This document shows positions 56,651 to 64,000 of a stretch of 64,000 nt of DNA, piece by piece. The notes under the pieces were generated by a model. That model saw only the letters and a program-made list of their open reading frames with translations. It was not told the origin of the DNA and did no database searches. The translations under genes were made by a program, and so were the position numbers. The stretch lies in contig CAXXVS010000003.1 of assembly GCA_963674755.2 (NCBI GenBank), positions 2,368,001 through 2,432,000 on the forward strand. Reading direction: 5' to 3'. The DNA comes from Desulfobacterales bacterium. GTDB taxonomy: Bacteria > Desulfobacterota > Desulfobacteria > Desulfobacterales > UBA5852. Numbering within the stretch: the stretch's first letter is position 1; every line of letters begins with the position of its first letter.

Positions 56651-58780
56651 GTGGAGCGCGGTATGTTTTCCAATCCTGACAGGCGAAGATCCCAGCGAAG
56701 AGCGGTGCCATCAGATGTTCTCCTGGCGGCGCTGGCCATTCCCTTCCTATTGATGGCCGGCTTGAGCCATGCCGGTCCCGTCACCATCACGGACGATGCC
56801 GGCCGCGCCGTTCATCTAAACGCGCCCCCCCAGCGCGTCGTTTCCCTGGTACCTTCCGTAACAGAAATGATCGCCGCCATTGGCGCTGACGATGCCCTGG
56901 TGGGCATCACCTATCACGATACGCGGCCGGCGGCGCTATCCCGGAAAACCATCGTGGGCGGTTTTGCGGCCCCGTCCATCGCCATCATCGAAGCCCTTCG
57001 GCCCGACGTCATCTTCTATACGGGCTTGCACCACCCGGTCGTCGAATACTTCCAGGAGCGACCGGTAACCATGATCCGCTGGGACACGCGGTCGGTCGAC
57101 CACGGTTTTGAAACCCTGCGCCAAATAGGCCGCATCTTCAATCGTTCCCAGGAGGCGGGAGCCATCATCAGCCGCAACCGGGAAGAACTGGACCTCATTC
57201 GCCGCAAGGTCGCAACCTTGTCGGCAGAACAGCGCAAACGTGTCATGCGCATCATGGGCCGTGAGAAGGTGATGACCCCGGGTGCGGATTCATTTCAGAA
57301 TGAGATCATTCGCCTGGCCGGTGGCATCCCGCCGGACGTTGCGTCTCCAGGGCCTGTCGTCCCGGTTGAGAGTACGGATTGGACAGCCTTTAATCCCCAA
57401 GCGGTTTACGGGTGCGGCGGCGACCGCCAGTTGCGGGATGGCCCCCTTGCTTCGCTTCCGTGGCAAAACGTCGAAGCGCTGCAGACGCAAAGCGTCTTTT
57501 TCTTCCCCTGTGAGCTGACCTGCCGTGCTGCTACGCGGTCGGGCTATTTCGTCTCCTGGCTGGCGGCCCGCGTTTATGCGGAGGCCTTTTCCGATCCCGC
57601 CCACCAGGTTTTGCCCGATGCGGTAATGACCACTAAACCCATCACCCTCCAACTGGCCAATGTCCGCACGGCCTGCATCGTCCATAGCCGCATCCGCGAT
57701 TTCACCCATAAAACATTGCAGCTCGACCTTGAAACGCCGATGCCCGTTATCTCTTCCCTGGAAGGCCCTTTGGAAGACATCGCCGTGGTCGGCAACCACT
57801 ATCTGCCCCCGCCGTCCTGGTACCTTGATCACAGCGCCGGCGTTAAGGCGCTCAAAGCTCAGGTCTGCCGGGTCCTTAACACCCCTGATGCCAAGACCGC
57901 TCTGCTATTCACCGGCGCCGACATGGATCATTTGGCCATCGCCCAGGTCCGCCATCGCCAGATGCAGGTGACGGCCCTGGTGACCGCCGGCGTCGAATCC
58001 AATGCGGTCTGCATGTCCAAGGACAGCGGCGCCTATTACGAGCCCGGAACCATCAATATTCTGCTCCACGTCAACATGGACCTGAGTCCGAGGGCCATGA
58101 CCCGCGCCATCATCTCGGCCACTGAAGCCAAATCATGTGCCCTGGCCGACCTGGATATTCGAAGCGCCTATCAACCCCTGCACTATACCGCCACCGGAAC
58201 CGGCACGGACAACATCATCGTCGTCCCGTCGCCGGGCACCTTCATCGACAATGCGGGCGGGCACACCAAGATGGGCGAGCTGATCGCCAGGGCTGTTTAC
58301 CAGGCTGTCCGCGAGGCCATTGCCAAACAAAACAGCCTGACCGCCGAGCGCAGCGTCTTCAGACGGTTGCAGGAGCGGGGCATCGATCTTGACGATGTCT
58401 GGCCGCCGAAGGGGGGCGACTGTGGGGTCGCGGAAGGAACCACGCGAAGAACGCTGGACCATTTGCTGCTGGATTCCCGCTACGCCGGTTTTCTGGAAAC
58501 CGCCTTCGCCCTGAGTGATGCCTGCCAAAAGGGGCTTGTCAAGGATTGGGCGGATTTTGACGATTCCGGCCGGGCCGTTGCCGAACGCATTGCGGGCGGG
58601 ACGATTCCGGATTGGCGTGCCTGGCATCCTGAGGGGCAAGCGCTGCCGGAACCGCTGCGTCTGGCCCTGGAAGCCTTCATCAACGGTTTGATCCGGCGAC
58701 AAGCCATCTCCGAACTGCCGCCAGATCCGGTCCCACCTGATAATTCTGCCGTTCCTTCAGCGTTCGGTTCACCCCTATGA
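56651..58780 (+). CDS. cbiZ: BtuF-like binding domain fused to adenosylcobinamide amidohydrolase
   Basis: N half: DDAGR.V...PQRVVSLVPSVTE. C half: VGNH, FTGADM, VTAGV.SNA, GTINI, TEAK, TGTGTDN. Start uncertain. Confidence 0.82.
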   Translation: MERGMFSNPDRRRSQRRAVPSDVLLAALAIPFLLMAGLSHAGPVTITDDAGRAVHLNAPPQRVVSLVPSVTEMIAAIGADDALVGITYHDTRPAALSRKTIVGGFAAPSIAIIEALRPDVIFYTGLHHPVVEYFQERPVTMIRWDTRSVDHGFETLRQIGRIFNRSQEAGAIISRNREELDLIRRKVATLSAEQRKRVMRIMGREKVMTPGADSFQNEIIRLAGGIPPDVASPGPVVPVESTDWTAFNPQAVYGCGGDRQLRDGPLASLPWQNVEALQTQSVFFFPCELTCRAATRSGYFVSWLAARVYAEAFSDPAHQVLPDAVMTTKPITLQLANVRTACIVHSRIRDFTHKTLQLDLETPMPVISSLEGPLEDIAVVGNHYLPPPSWYLDHSAGVKALKAQVCRVLNTPDAKTALLFTGADMDHLAIAQVRHRQMQVTALVTAGVESNAVCMSKDSGAYYEPGTINILLHVNMDLSPRAMTRAIISATEAKSCALADLDIRSAYQPLHYTATGTGTDNIIVVPSPGTFIDNAGGHTKMGELIARAVYQAVREAIAKQNSLTAERSVFRRLQERGIDLDDVWPPKGGDCGVAEGTTRRTLDHLLLDSRYAGFLETAFALSDACQKGLVKDWADFDDSGRAVAERIAGGTIPDWRAWHPEGQALPEPLRLALEAFINGLIRRQAISELPPDPVPPDNSAVPSAFGSPL

Positions 58781-58794
58781 AAAGGAGAGTTCAC

Positions 58795-60774
58795 ATGCCG
58801 CGGAAAAGGATCATCTGGTTGGTTGGGCTGGCCCTCGCGGGCCTGCTCCCCACCGGGCTTTGGGCCCAGGAGAGCGATACCACCATGGAAGAAGTCGTGG
58901 TCACGGCCACACGCACCCGGACCGCCCTGGACAAGGTCGGCGGCAGTTCCGTGACGGTTGTCACGGCCGCCGATATCGAGGCCAAGAAACAGACGACCGT
59001 CGAGGAAGTCATCAAAGGCGTTCCCGGTCTGGATGTCGTTTCAACCGGCGGCCCCGGCAGTTCGACATCGGTTTTCATTCGCGGGGCGGATTCCAAGAAC
59101 ACCCTGGTGTTGATCGACGGCATCATGGTCAATGACCCTTCTTCGACCAACCGCGCGGCAGATCTTGCCAATCTTACGACAGACAACATCGAGCGTATCG
59201 AAGTCGTACGGGGTCCTTTAAGCGCTTTATACGGCAGCAATGCCACGGCCGGGGTCATCAACATCATCACCAAAAAAGGCCGCGGCAAACCCTCGCTTTA
59301 TGTCGGCAGTGAATACGGTGCCTATAACACCTGGAAAACCTATGGCGGTGCCTCCGGGCAATGGGAAATGCTCAATTTTTCCTTTTCCGCCGCCCAAACG
59401 GAGACCGACGGGTTTTCAGCGGCCGACGACCGCAACAACGCTATCGCCGGCGGCCCGAACACCGCCGAAGACGACGGCTGGAAGAATACGACCCTTTCGG
59501 GCAAGTTCGGCGTCGATATCACGGACAATTTCGACATCAATGCCACGGTCCGTAATATCAGCGCCGAGGTGGACATCGACGACAGCAACGGCTATGCGGC
59601 CGACCAATGGGATTACAACACCTACCCGTATACCCTTGTTCCATATGGCACCAAGAAGCAAAAAACGGAAAACGATCAGCTGTTTTACACCTTTGACATC
59701 CATAACCGCTTTGGGGAGGGGATGTTCGATTCCCGTTTTTTCTATAAGGGCGCTGAACAGGAACGCTATATTTATGATGCCGCCGGCGATGAAACGAATT
59801 GGTACAAAGGCGACAGCATGGAAGCGGGCTGGCAGGGAGGCGTGACCTTTCCGGACTGGAACACGCTTTCCTTCGGATACACCTACTTCGAAGAGACCCT
59901 GGATCAAACGGACAGCCAGCGGGAAGATGCCCACATCAACAGTTTGTGGGCCAGCGATCAGCTTTTTCTCCTGGACGAGGCGCTGATCGTAGTGGCGAGT
60001 GCACGGGTCGACGACCATGATCGTTTCGGCACTGAAACCACCTGGCATCTGGCCCCTTCCTACTTCATTGAACAGACGGGCACGACATTCAAGGCAAGTT
60101 ACGGAACAGGCTTCCGGGCGCCGTCGCTTTACGAAATGTTTGCCGCGCCCATTCTGGCTTACGGCTTTCTGGGGGGAAATGAAGACCTGGATCCCGAGAA
60201 AAGCAAAGGCTGGGACGCGGGAATCGAGCAGGCCCTTTTCGGCGACCGCCTGACCGTTGGCGCGACCTATTTTCACACCAAATATGAAGATAAAATCGAG
60301 TTTGTCTACGATGCCGCAACGTTTACCTCGACCTATGAAAATCTGGATGGCACCACCACCACCAAAGGCGTCGAAGCGTTCATCCAATGGGTGCCCATGA
60401 CCGATCTGTCCTTCCTGCTCAACTATACTTACACCGATACAGAGGATCCGGATGGTGAGGAGCTCGTCCGTCGCCCCAAGAACAAAATTTACGTCAATAG
60501 CCGCTACCGTCTTTTCGACCGGGCGACCCTCAACCTGGATGTCTTCTGGGTGGACGAGCGCAAAGCCATAGCCTCGGCGGTCGATCGCTACGGAAACCAG
60601 GTCGAGGAACTCGACGCCTATTTCCTGGTCAACCTGGCGGCTTCCTATGACATTACCCGCCATGTGCAGGTCTATGGGCGCATCGACAACCTGTTCGATG
60701 AATACTATGAGGACGCCTGGAGCTACGCCACGCCGGGATTTTCCCTGTATGGCGGTGTGAAATTGACCTTTTAG
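58795..60774 (+). CDS. btuB: TonB-dependent cobalamin receptor
   Basis: EEVVVTATR, S.FIRGA.S..TLVLIDG, YGTGFRAPSLYE, terminal Phe; lies in a B12-riboswitch operon. Confidence 0.82.
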   Translation: MPRKRIIWLVGLALAGLLPTGLWAQESDTTMEEVVVTATRTRTALDKVGGSSVTVVTAADIEAKKQTTVEEVIKGVPGLDVVSTGGPGSSTSVFIRGADSKNTLVLIDGIMVNDPSSTNRAADLANLTTDNIERIEVVRGPLSALYGSNATAGVINIITKKGRGKPSLYVGSEYGAYNTWKTYGGASGQWEMLNFSFSAAQTETDGFSAADDRNNAIAGGPNTAEDDGWKNTTLSGKFGVDITDNFDINATVRNISAEVDIDDSNGYAADQWDYNTYPYTLVPYGTKKQKTENDQLFYTFDIHNRFGEGMFDSRFFYKGAEQERYIYDAAGDETNWYKGDSMEAGWQGGVTFPDWNTLSFGYTYFEETLDQTDSQREDAHINSLWASDQLFLLDEALIVVASARVDDHDRFGTETTWHLAPSYFIEQTGTTFKASYGTGFRAPSLYEMFAAPILAYGFLGGNEDLDPEKSKGWDAGIEQALFGDRLTVGATYFHTKYEDKIEFVYDAATFTSTYENLDGTTTTKGVEAFIQWVPMTDLSFLLNYTYTDTEDPDGEELVRRPKNKIYVNSRYRLFDRATLNLDVFWVDERKAIASAVDRYGNQVEELDAYFLVNLAASYDITRHVQVYGRIDNLFDEYYEDAWSYATPGFSLYGGVKLTF

Positions 60775-61583
60775 ACGTCCTTTTCAGACGCCGCTGCTTC
60801 CCAAAGGATCAGCTGGTGCGCCCGGGTGAAGAACTGGCGGTAGGCCAGGAACGCGGTTGTCAGGCCGCTCACGGCCGCCGCCCCGATGAGCATATACATG
60901 ACGATGATCTGCACCTGGACCGCTTCCAGGGCCGGCGCCCCGGCCAGGATCATGCCCGTCATGGCGCCCGGCAGGGAAATCAGGCCGACGGTTTTGGTGT
61001 TGTCCACGATGGGGGTCATCCCGGCCGCCATGGCCCGCTTCAACTGGCCCCTGACGGCCTGCCGCTGGGTGGCCCCCAGGGCCAGGGCCGCCTCGACCTG
61101 GGCCTTCTGAAGTTTGAGGTCGTCCCGCAGGCGGCTCATGACCAGGCCGCAGACCACCATGGCATTGCCCACGATCATGCCGGCAACGGGGATGATGTAG
61201 CGCGGCTGGTACGGAAATACTTTCAGCAGGAGCAGGGTGCCGATGGTGAAAAACGCGCTGCAACTGACCGCCGCCGTCGCCACCGGGGTACTGCGCGGCA
61301 CCCCCTTGCCGCGCCGGCCGGCGGTGTAGCCTGCGATGACGACCATGACGGCGACGATCAGTAAAATCCAGTAGGGCCCCTGGGCTGCGAAAATGAATTT
61401 AAGAACGTAGCCGATGGCGATCAGTTGCACAAAGGCCCGGATGACGGCTGTCAGCATATCCTTGCCCAGACCCATCTGTTGCCGCCAGGAGACCAGGACG
61501 GCTGCCCCCACCAGGGCCAGGGCGCCCAGAATGCGGGTCAGCCAGGGGAGAGATTCGATCAGCCAAGAGAGAGATTCGAACAC
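60771..61583 (-). CDS. fetB: YbbM/FetB (UPF0014) ABC permease
   Basis: RAFVQL.AIGYVL, IIPVAGMIVGNAM, GLISLPGAMTG.ILAG..A...QI. Confidence 0.8.
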   Translation of the reverse strand: MFESLSWLIESLPWLTRILGALALVGAAVLVSWRQQMGLGKDMLTAVIRAFVQLIAIGYVLKFIFAAQGPYWILLIVAVMVVIAGYTAGRRGKGVPRSTPVATAAVSCSAFFTIGTLLLLKVFPYQPRYIIPVAGMIVGNAMVVCGLVMSRLRDDLKLQKAQVEAALALGATQRQAVRGQLKRAMAAGMTPIVDNTKTVGLISLPGAMTGMILAGAPALEAVQVQIIVMYMLIGAAAVSGLTTAFLAYRQFFTRAHQLILWEAAASEKDV

Positions 61584-61598
61584 CGCGGCACCTCCGGT

Positions 61599-61737
61599 AC
61601 GGTTTCGTAAAAGGCTTGATCCACCGGCGGCGGACGATTATCCGCGTTAGGTGGATCCCTCATTACGCCGGCGTACCGGCGTAGGCGTCGCTCTGCGGTA
61701 TCCACAAGCCTTGATCGCGAACATTTTACGAAATCGT
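61599..61737. mobile_element. MITE-like element C
   Basis: acggtttcgtaaaa / ttttacgaaatcgt (13/14 inverted match); internal stems gtggat/atccac; lies between the ATPase and permease genes. Confidence 0.6.
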
Positions 61738-61802
61738 CTGGAATGTTATTATTATGGATTGATCCCCCAAACTTTTGCCTTCCATGCTTCCTGCCCCTTT
61801 CT

Positions 61803-62540
61803 TCAGAGCCGCCCGGCGGCAAAGTCGTCGATCAGGTGGTGGCGGTCGCGGAGGAGCAATTGCTTGGCATCACCGGCCTCGGCCACCCGCCCCGCCACCA
61901 GGAGTACGATGCGGTCGGCGGTGCGCTCCACCTGCTCGAAGGCGTGGGACACCCACACGACGGTAAGGTTCAATGTGTCGCGCAGTTTCAGGATGGTGTG
62001 CTCGATCTTGCGGGTGGCGGCCGGATCCAATGCGCTGCTGGGCTCGTCCAGCAGCAGCACCTCGGGCCGGTTGGCCAGGGTGCGTGCCAGGGCCACCCGC
62101 TGGGCTTGACCGCCGGAGAGCTGATCGGCCGGTTTGGCGGCCATGTCGGGCGTCAGTCCGGCCATTTGCAGCAGTTCTGCGATTTCATCCGCTCCCAGCC
62201 GCTTGCCCCGCAGGCCCGGGCCGTAGCCGATATTGGCGGCGACGCTCCCCTCGAAGAGGGCCGCGGACTGGAAGAGCATCCCCACCTGACGGCGCAGGCG
62301 CAGCACGTCCACAGTGGTGATGTCGCGCCCATCCAGGAAGATGCTGGCGGGCGGCGGCTCCCACAGGCGGTTCAGGCAGCGCAGCAGGGAAGACTTGCCG
62401 CTGCCGCTGGGGCCGATGATCGCGGTGACGCTGCCGGCCGGCATCTCGAGGGAAATGTCGTGGAGAAGGGCGGCGCCGTTGGGCAGGCTGAGGTTGAGAT
62501 GCTGAAGGACAAATTTAGCCGTCACGTGAAGACCTTTCAC
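61803..62540 (-). CDS. ABC ATPase partner of FetB (YbbL/FetA-like)
   Basis: GPSGSGKS, LNRL, LSGGQAQR, LLLDEP; upstream of fetB. Start may be the GTG at 62525. Confidence 0.85.
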   Translation of the reverse strand: MKGLHVTAKFVLQHLNLSLPNGAALLHDISLEMPAGSVTAIIGPSGSGKSSLLRCLNRLWEPPPASIFLDGRDITTVDVLRLRRQVGMLFQSAALFEGSVAANIGYGPGLRGKRLGADEIAELLQMAGLTPDMAAKPADQLSGGQAQRVALARTLANRPEVLLLDEPSSALDPAATRKIEHTILKLRDTLNLTVVWVSHAFEQVERTADRIVLLVAGRVAEAGDAKQLLLRDRHHLIDDFAAGRL

Positions 62541-62720
62541 CGGACGACGGGTGGAGGCCGCCGGCGTGATGGGAGGAGCGCCATTGCTGTGTCCAAGGCA
62601 TAACCGTTGGCCGTGTTTGCCAATAACGCCTGGTTAGGATCGCTTCACTTCAGGCGGCCAGCCACGTCTTTAGGGTGGGGACGGTGTCCTTGGGGCTGAC
62701 CTTGTAAGCGGCTCCGGCGA

Positions 62721-62880
62721 TCCTGCCCTGCGCGTCGCCGACACGGCCGGAGCGTGCGGAAACTCGCTTCGCTCAGACCCGCCTCCGATAAACTTTGGCG
62801 GACAAGCAGGTCCGCGCGCTTTTATCCGGCCGCATCGCCGATGTTCGGCGCGGGACAAGGGGAACTCCAAACCCAAAAAC
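62721..62880 (+). repeat. Structured intergenic repeat, copy 6 (3' part)
   Basis: ccctgcgcgtcg..gcggaaactcgcttcgctcaga..tccgcgcgctt..ccgatgttcggcgcgggacaagggg. Confidence 0.8.
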
Positions 62881-62960
62881 CCCCGACAACTAGTCGTAAT
62901 GCCTGTAAGGTGTAATTGGTGTTCATTAGCCCCCTCGAATCCTCGACCCCCTGAATCCTT

Positions 62961-63482
62961 CTAAAAATCCATGTTGGCCGGTTCGTAGAACTCTTTGGGC
63001 TTCTTGCAGGAGGGGCACTTGGGCGGCGGTTCGGTGCCCTCGACGATGTACCCGCAGACGCTGCACTTCCACTTGATGGGCTGCTCGCGTTTGAAGACGG
63101 TCCCGGCTTCGACCATGGCAATGAGCTTCTGGTAGCGCGCCCGGTGGTGGGCCTCGATCTTGGCCACCTGCTCGAAGGCAATCTTGGCCAGGGTCTGGCC
63201 CTCGGCATCGGCTTCTTTGGCAAACTGGGGATACATGCTTTCCACTTCGTAATCCTCGCCGCCCATGGCCTCCTTCAGGTTGGTGAGGGTGTCACCGATG
63301 CCGCCCAGCAGCTTGAGATGGTCCTTGGCGTGCTGCATCTCGTTCATGGCCGTTTCCTCGAAGAGCTTGGCGATGTAGTGATAGCCCTCCTCCCGGGCCA
63401 CTTCGGCAAAAAAGGTGTACTTGTTGCGGGCCTGGGATTCACCGGCAAAGGCTGCCTTAAGGTTGTCGGTGGTTTTGCTCAT
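62961..63482 (-). CDS. rbr: Rubrerythrin
   Basis: NLKAAFAGESQARNKY; ExxH diiron ligands; WKCSVCGY..CPSC rubredoxin domain. Confidence 0.95.
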   Translation of the reverse strand: MSKTTDNLKAAFAGESQARNKYTFFAEVAREEGYHYIAKLFEETAMNEMQHAKDHLKLLGGIGDTLTNLKEAMGGEDYEVESMYPQFAKEADAEGQTLAKIAFEQVAKIEAHHRARYQKLIAMVEAGTVFKREQPIKWKCSVCGYIVEGTEPPPKCPSCKKPKEFYEPANMDF

Positions 63483-63618
63483 GATGCCTCCTTTGGGGTT
63501 GTCGTGTGGGAAGGTATGGTTTGTCGAAACACCGGAACACCGCGGCCTCTGCGGAAACGGTGTTCGGGTTGGTCAAGCCCCAGCTCGTGTCCGTTCAGCG
63601 GTGACCGAAAGATGCCGT

Positions 63619-63999
63619 TTATGGACGGACACGGGTACACTTGTCGCACAGGCCTTTCAATACGACCCGTTTGCTGATCACCCTGAATTTCGAAGCGATC
63701 GCATCCGGCACATCGAGGCGGTTGTAAGCCTCGTGGGTAAAATCGATAATTCGGCCGCAGGCCACGCAGTGCAGGTGGTGGTGATGGCCCCTGTCCGGGT
63801 CGAAGCGTTTGGGCCCGCCGAACACCTCCACCACATCCACCAGACCGATCTCGGCAAAGGTCAGGAGGGTGCGGTTGACCGTGTCAAACGAGATGTGCGG
63901 ATAGGTTTTTTGCACTGCTTGGAACATGGCATCCGCTGTCGGGTGCTGGTCCGATTCAAGGAGTGCCTGGTAGACGGCCACCCGCTGGGGCGTGATTTT
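63619..63999 (-). CDS. Fur-family regulator, probably PerR-like (5' end outside window)
   Basis: KITPQRVAV..HPTAD..TV.RTL..HHHLHCVACG..C.KC; sits upstream of rubrerythrin. Confidence 0.88.
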   Translation of the reverse strand, partial: KITPQRVAVYQALLESDQHPTADAMFQAVQKTYPHISFDTVNRTLLTFAEIGLVDVVEVFGGPKRFDPDRGHHHHLHCVACGRIIDFTHEAYNRLDVPDAIASKFRVISKRVVLKGLCDKCTRVRP

Positions 64000-64000
64000 A

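Noticed and set aside
1127..62880. Repeats considered as a CRISPR array
   Set aside because: Dispersed, long and without repeat-spacer periodicity; no cas genes.

Overview
GC-rich chromosomal window from an anaerobic diderm, most consistent with a Desulfobacterota sulfate reducer (inferred from gene content). The first ~12 kb is mostly housekeeping: a B12-binding radical SAM enzyme, an Rhs remnant with an orphan immunity gene, a K+ channel, a Usp, aceE-aceF-lpdA and a TetR/methyltransferase pair. From ~12.4 to 60.8 kb is a large trace-metal and cobamide island. It contains riboswitch-controlled cbiK; nikABCDE (nikC frameshifted) plus a His-rich peptide; a DUF3842-CooT-CooC-TrmO-like operon; DUF4198/NikL-like genes; a periplasmic [FeFe]-hydrogenase (hydAB) followed by a TM1266-like gene, a TonB receptor and FmdE; a ~22 kb minus-strand run (Ttp-type TonB system, TonB receptor, methyltransferase, Opp/Nik-type ABC, two FmdE, MFS-spermidine synthase fusion, DUF3786, DmeF); and two B12-riboswitch operons (btuFCD; btuF-cbiZ fusion plus btuB). 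The window ends with fetAB-like genes, rubrerythrin and a partial Fur/PerR. Best candidate for an undescribed system: a conserved 10-mer, GCCACGAAGG, sits in the 5' arm of an intrinsic terminator in the leaders of four metal-related transcription units, with a variant in a fifth. This suggests an RNA-level (antitermination) nickel regulon coupling Ni uptake to a Ni-free hydrogenase. Also present are a six-copy structured intergenic repeat with compensatory base changes and three MITE-like elements, one inside a cobalamin riboswitch. All family assignments come from motif recognition by eye; no searches were run.
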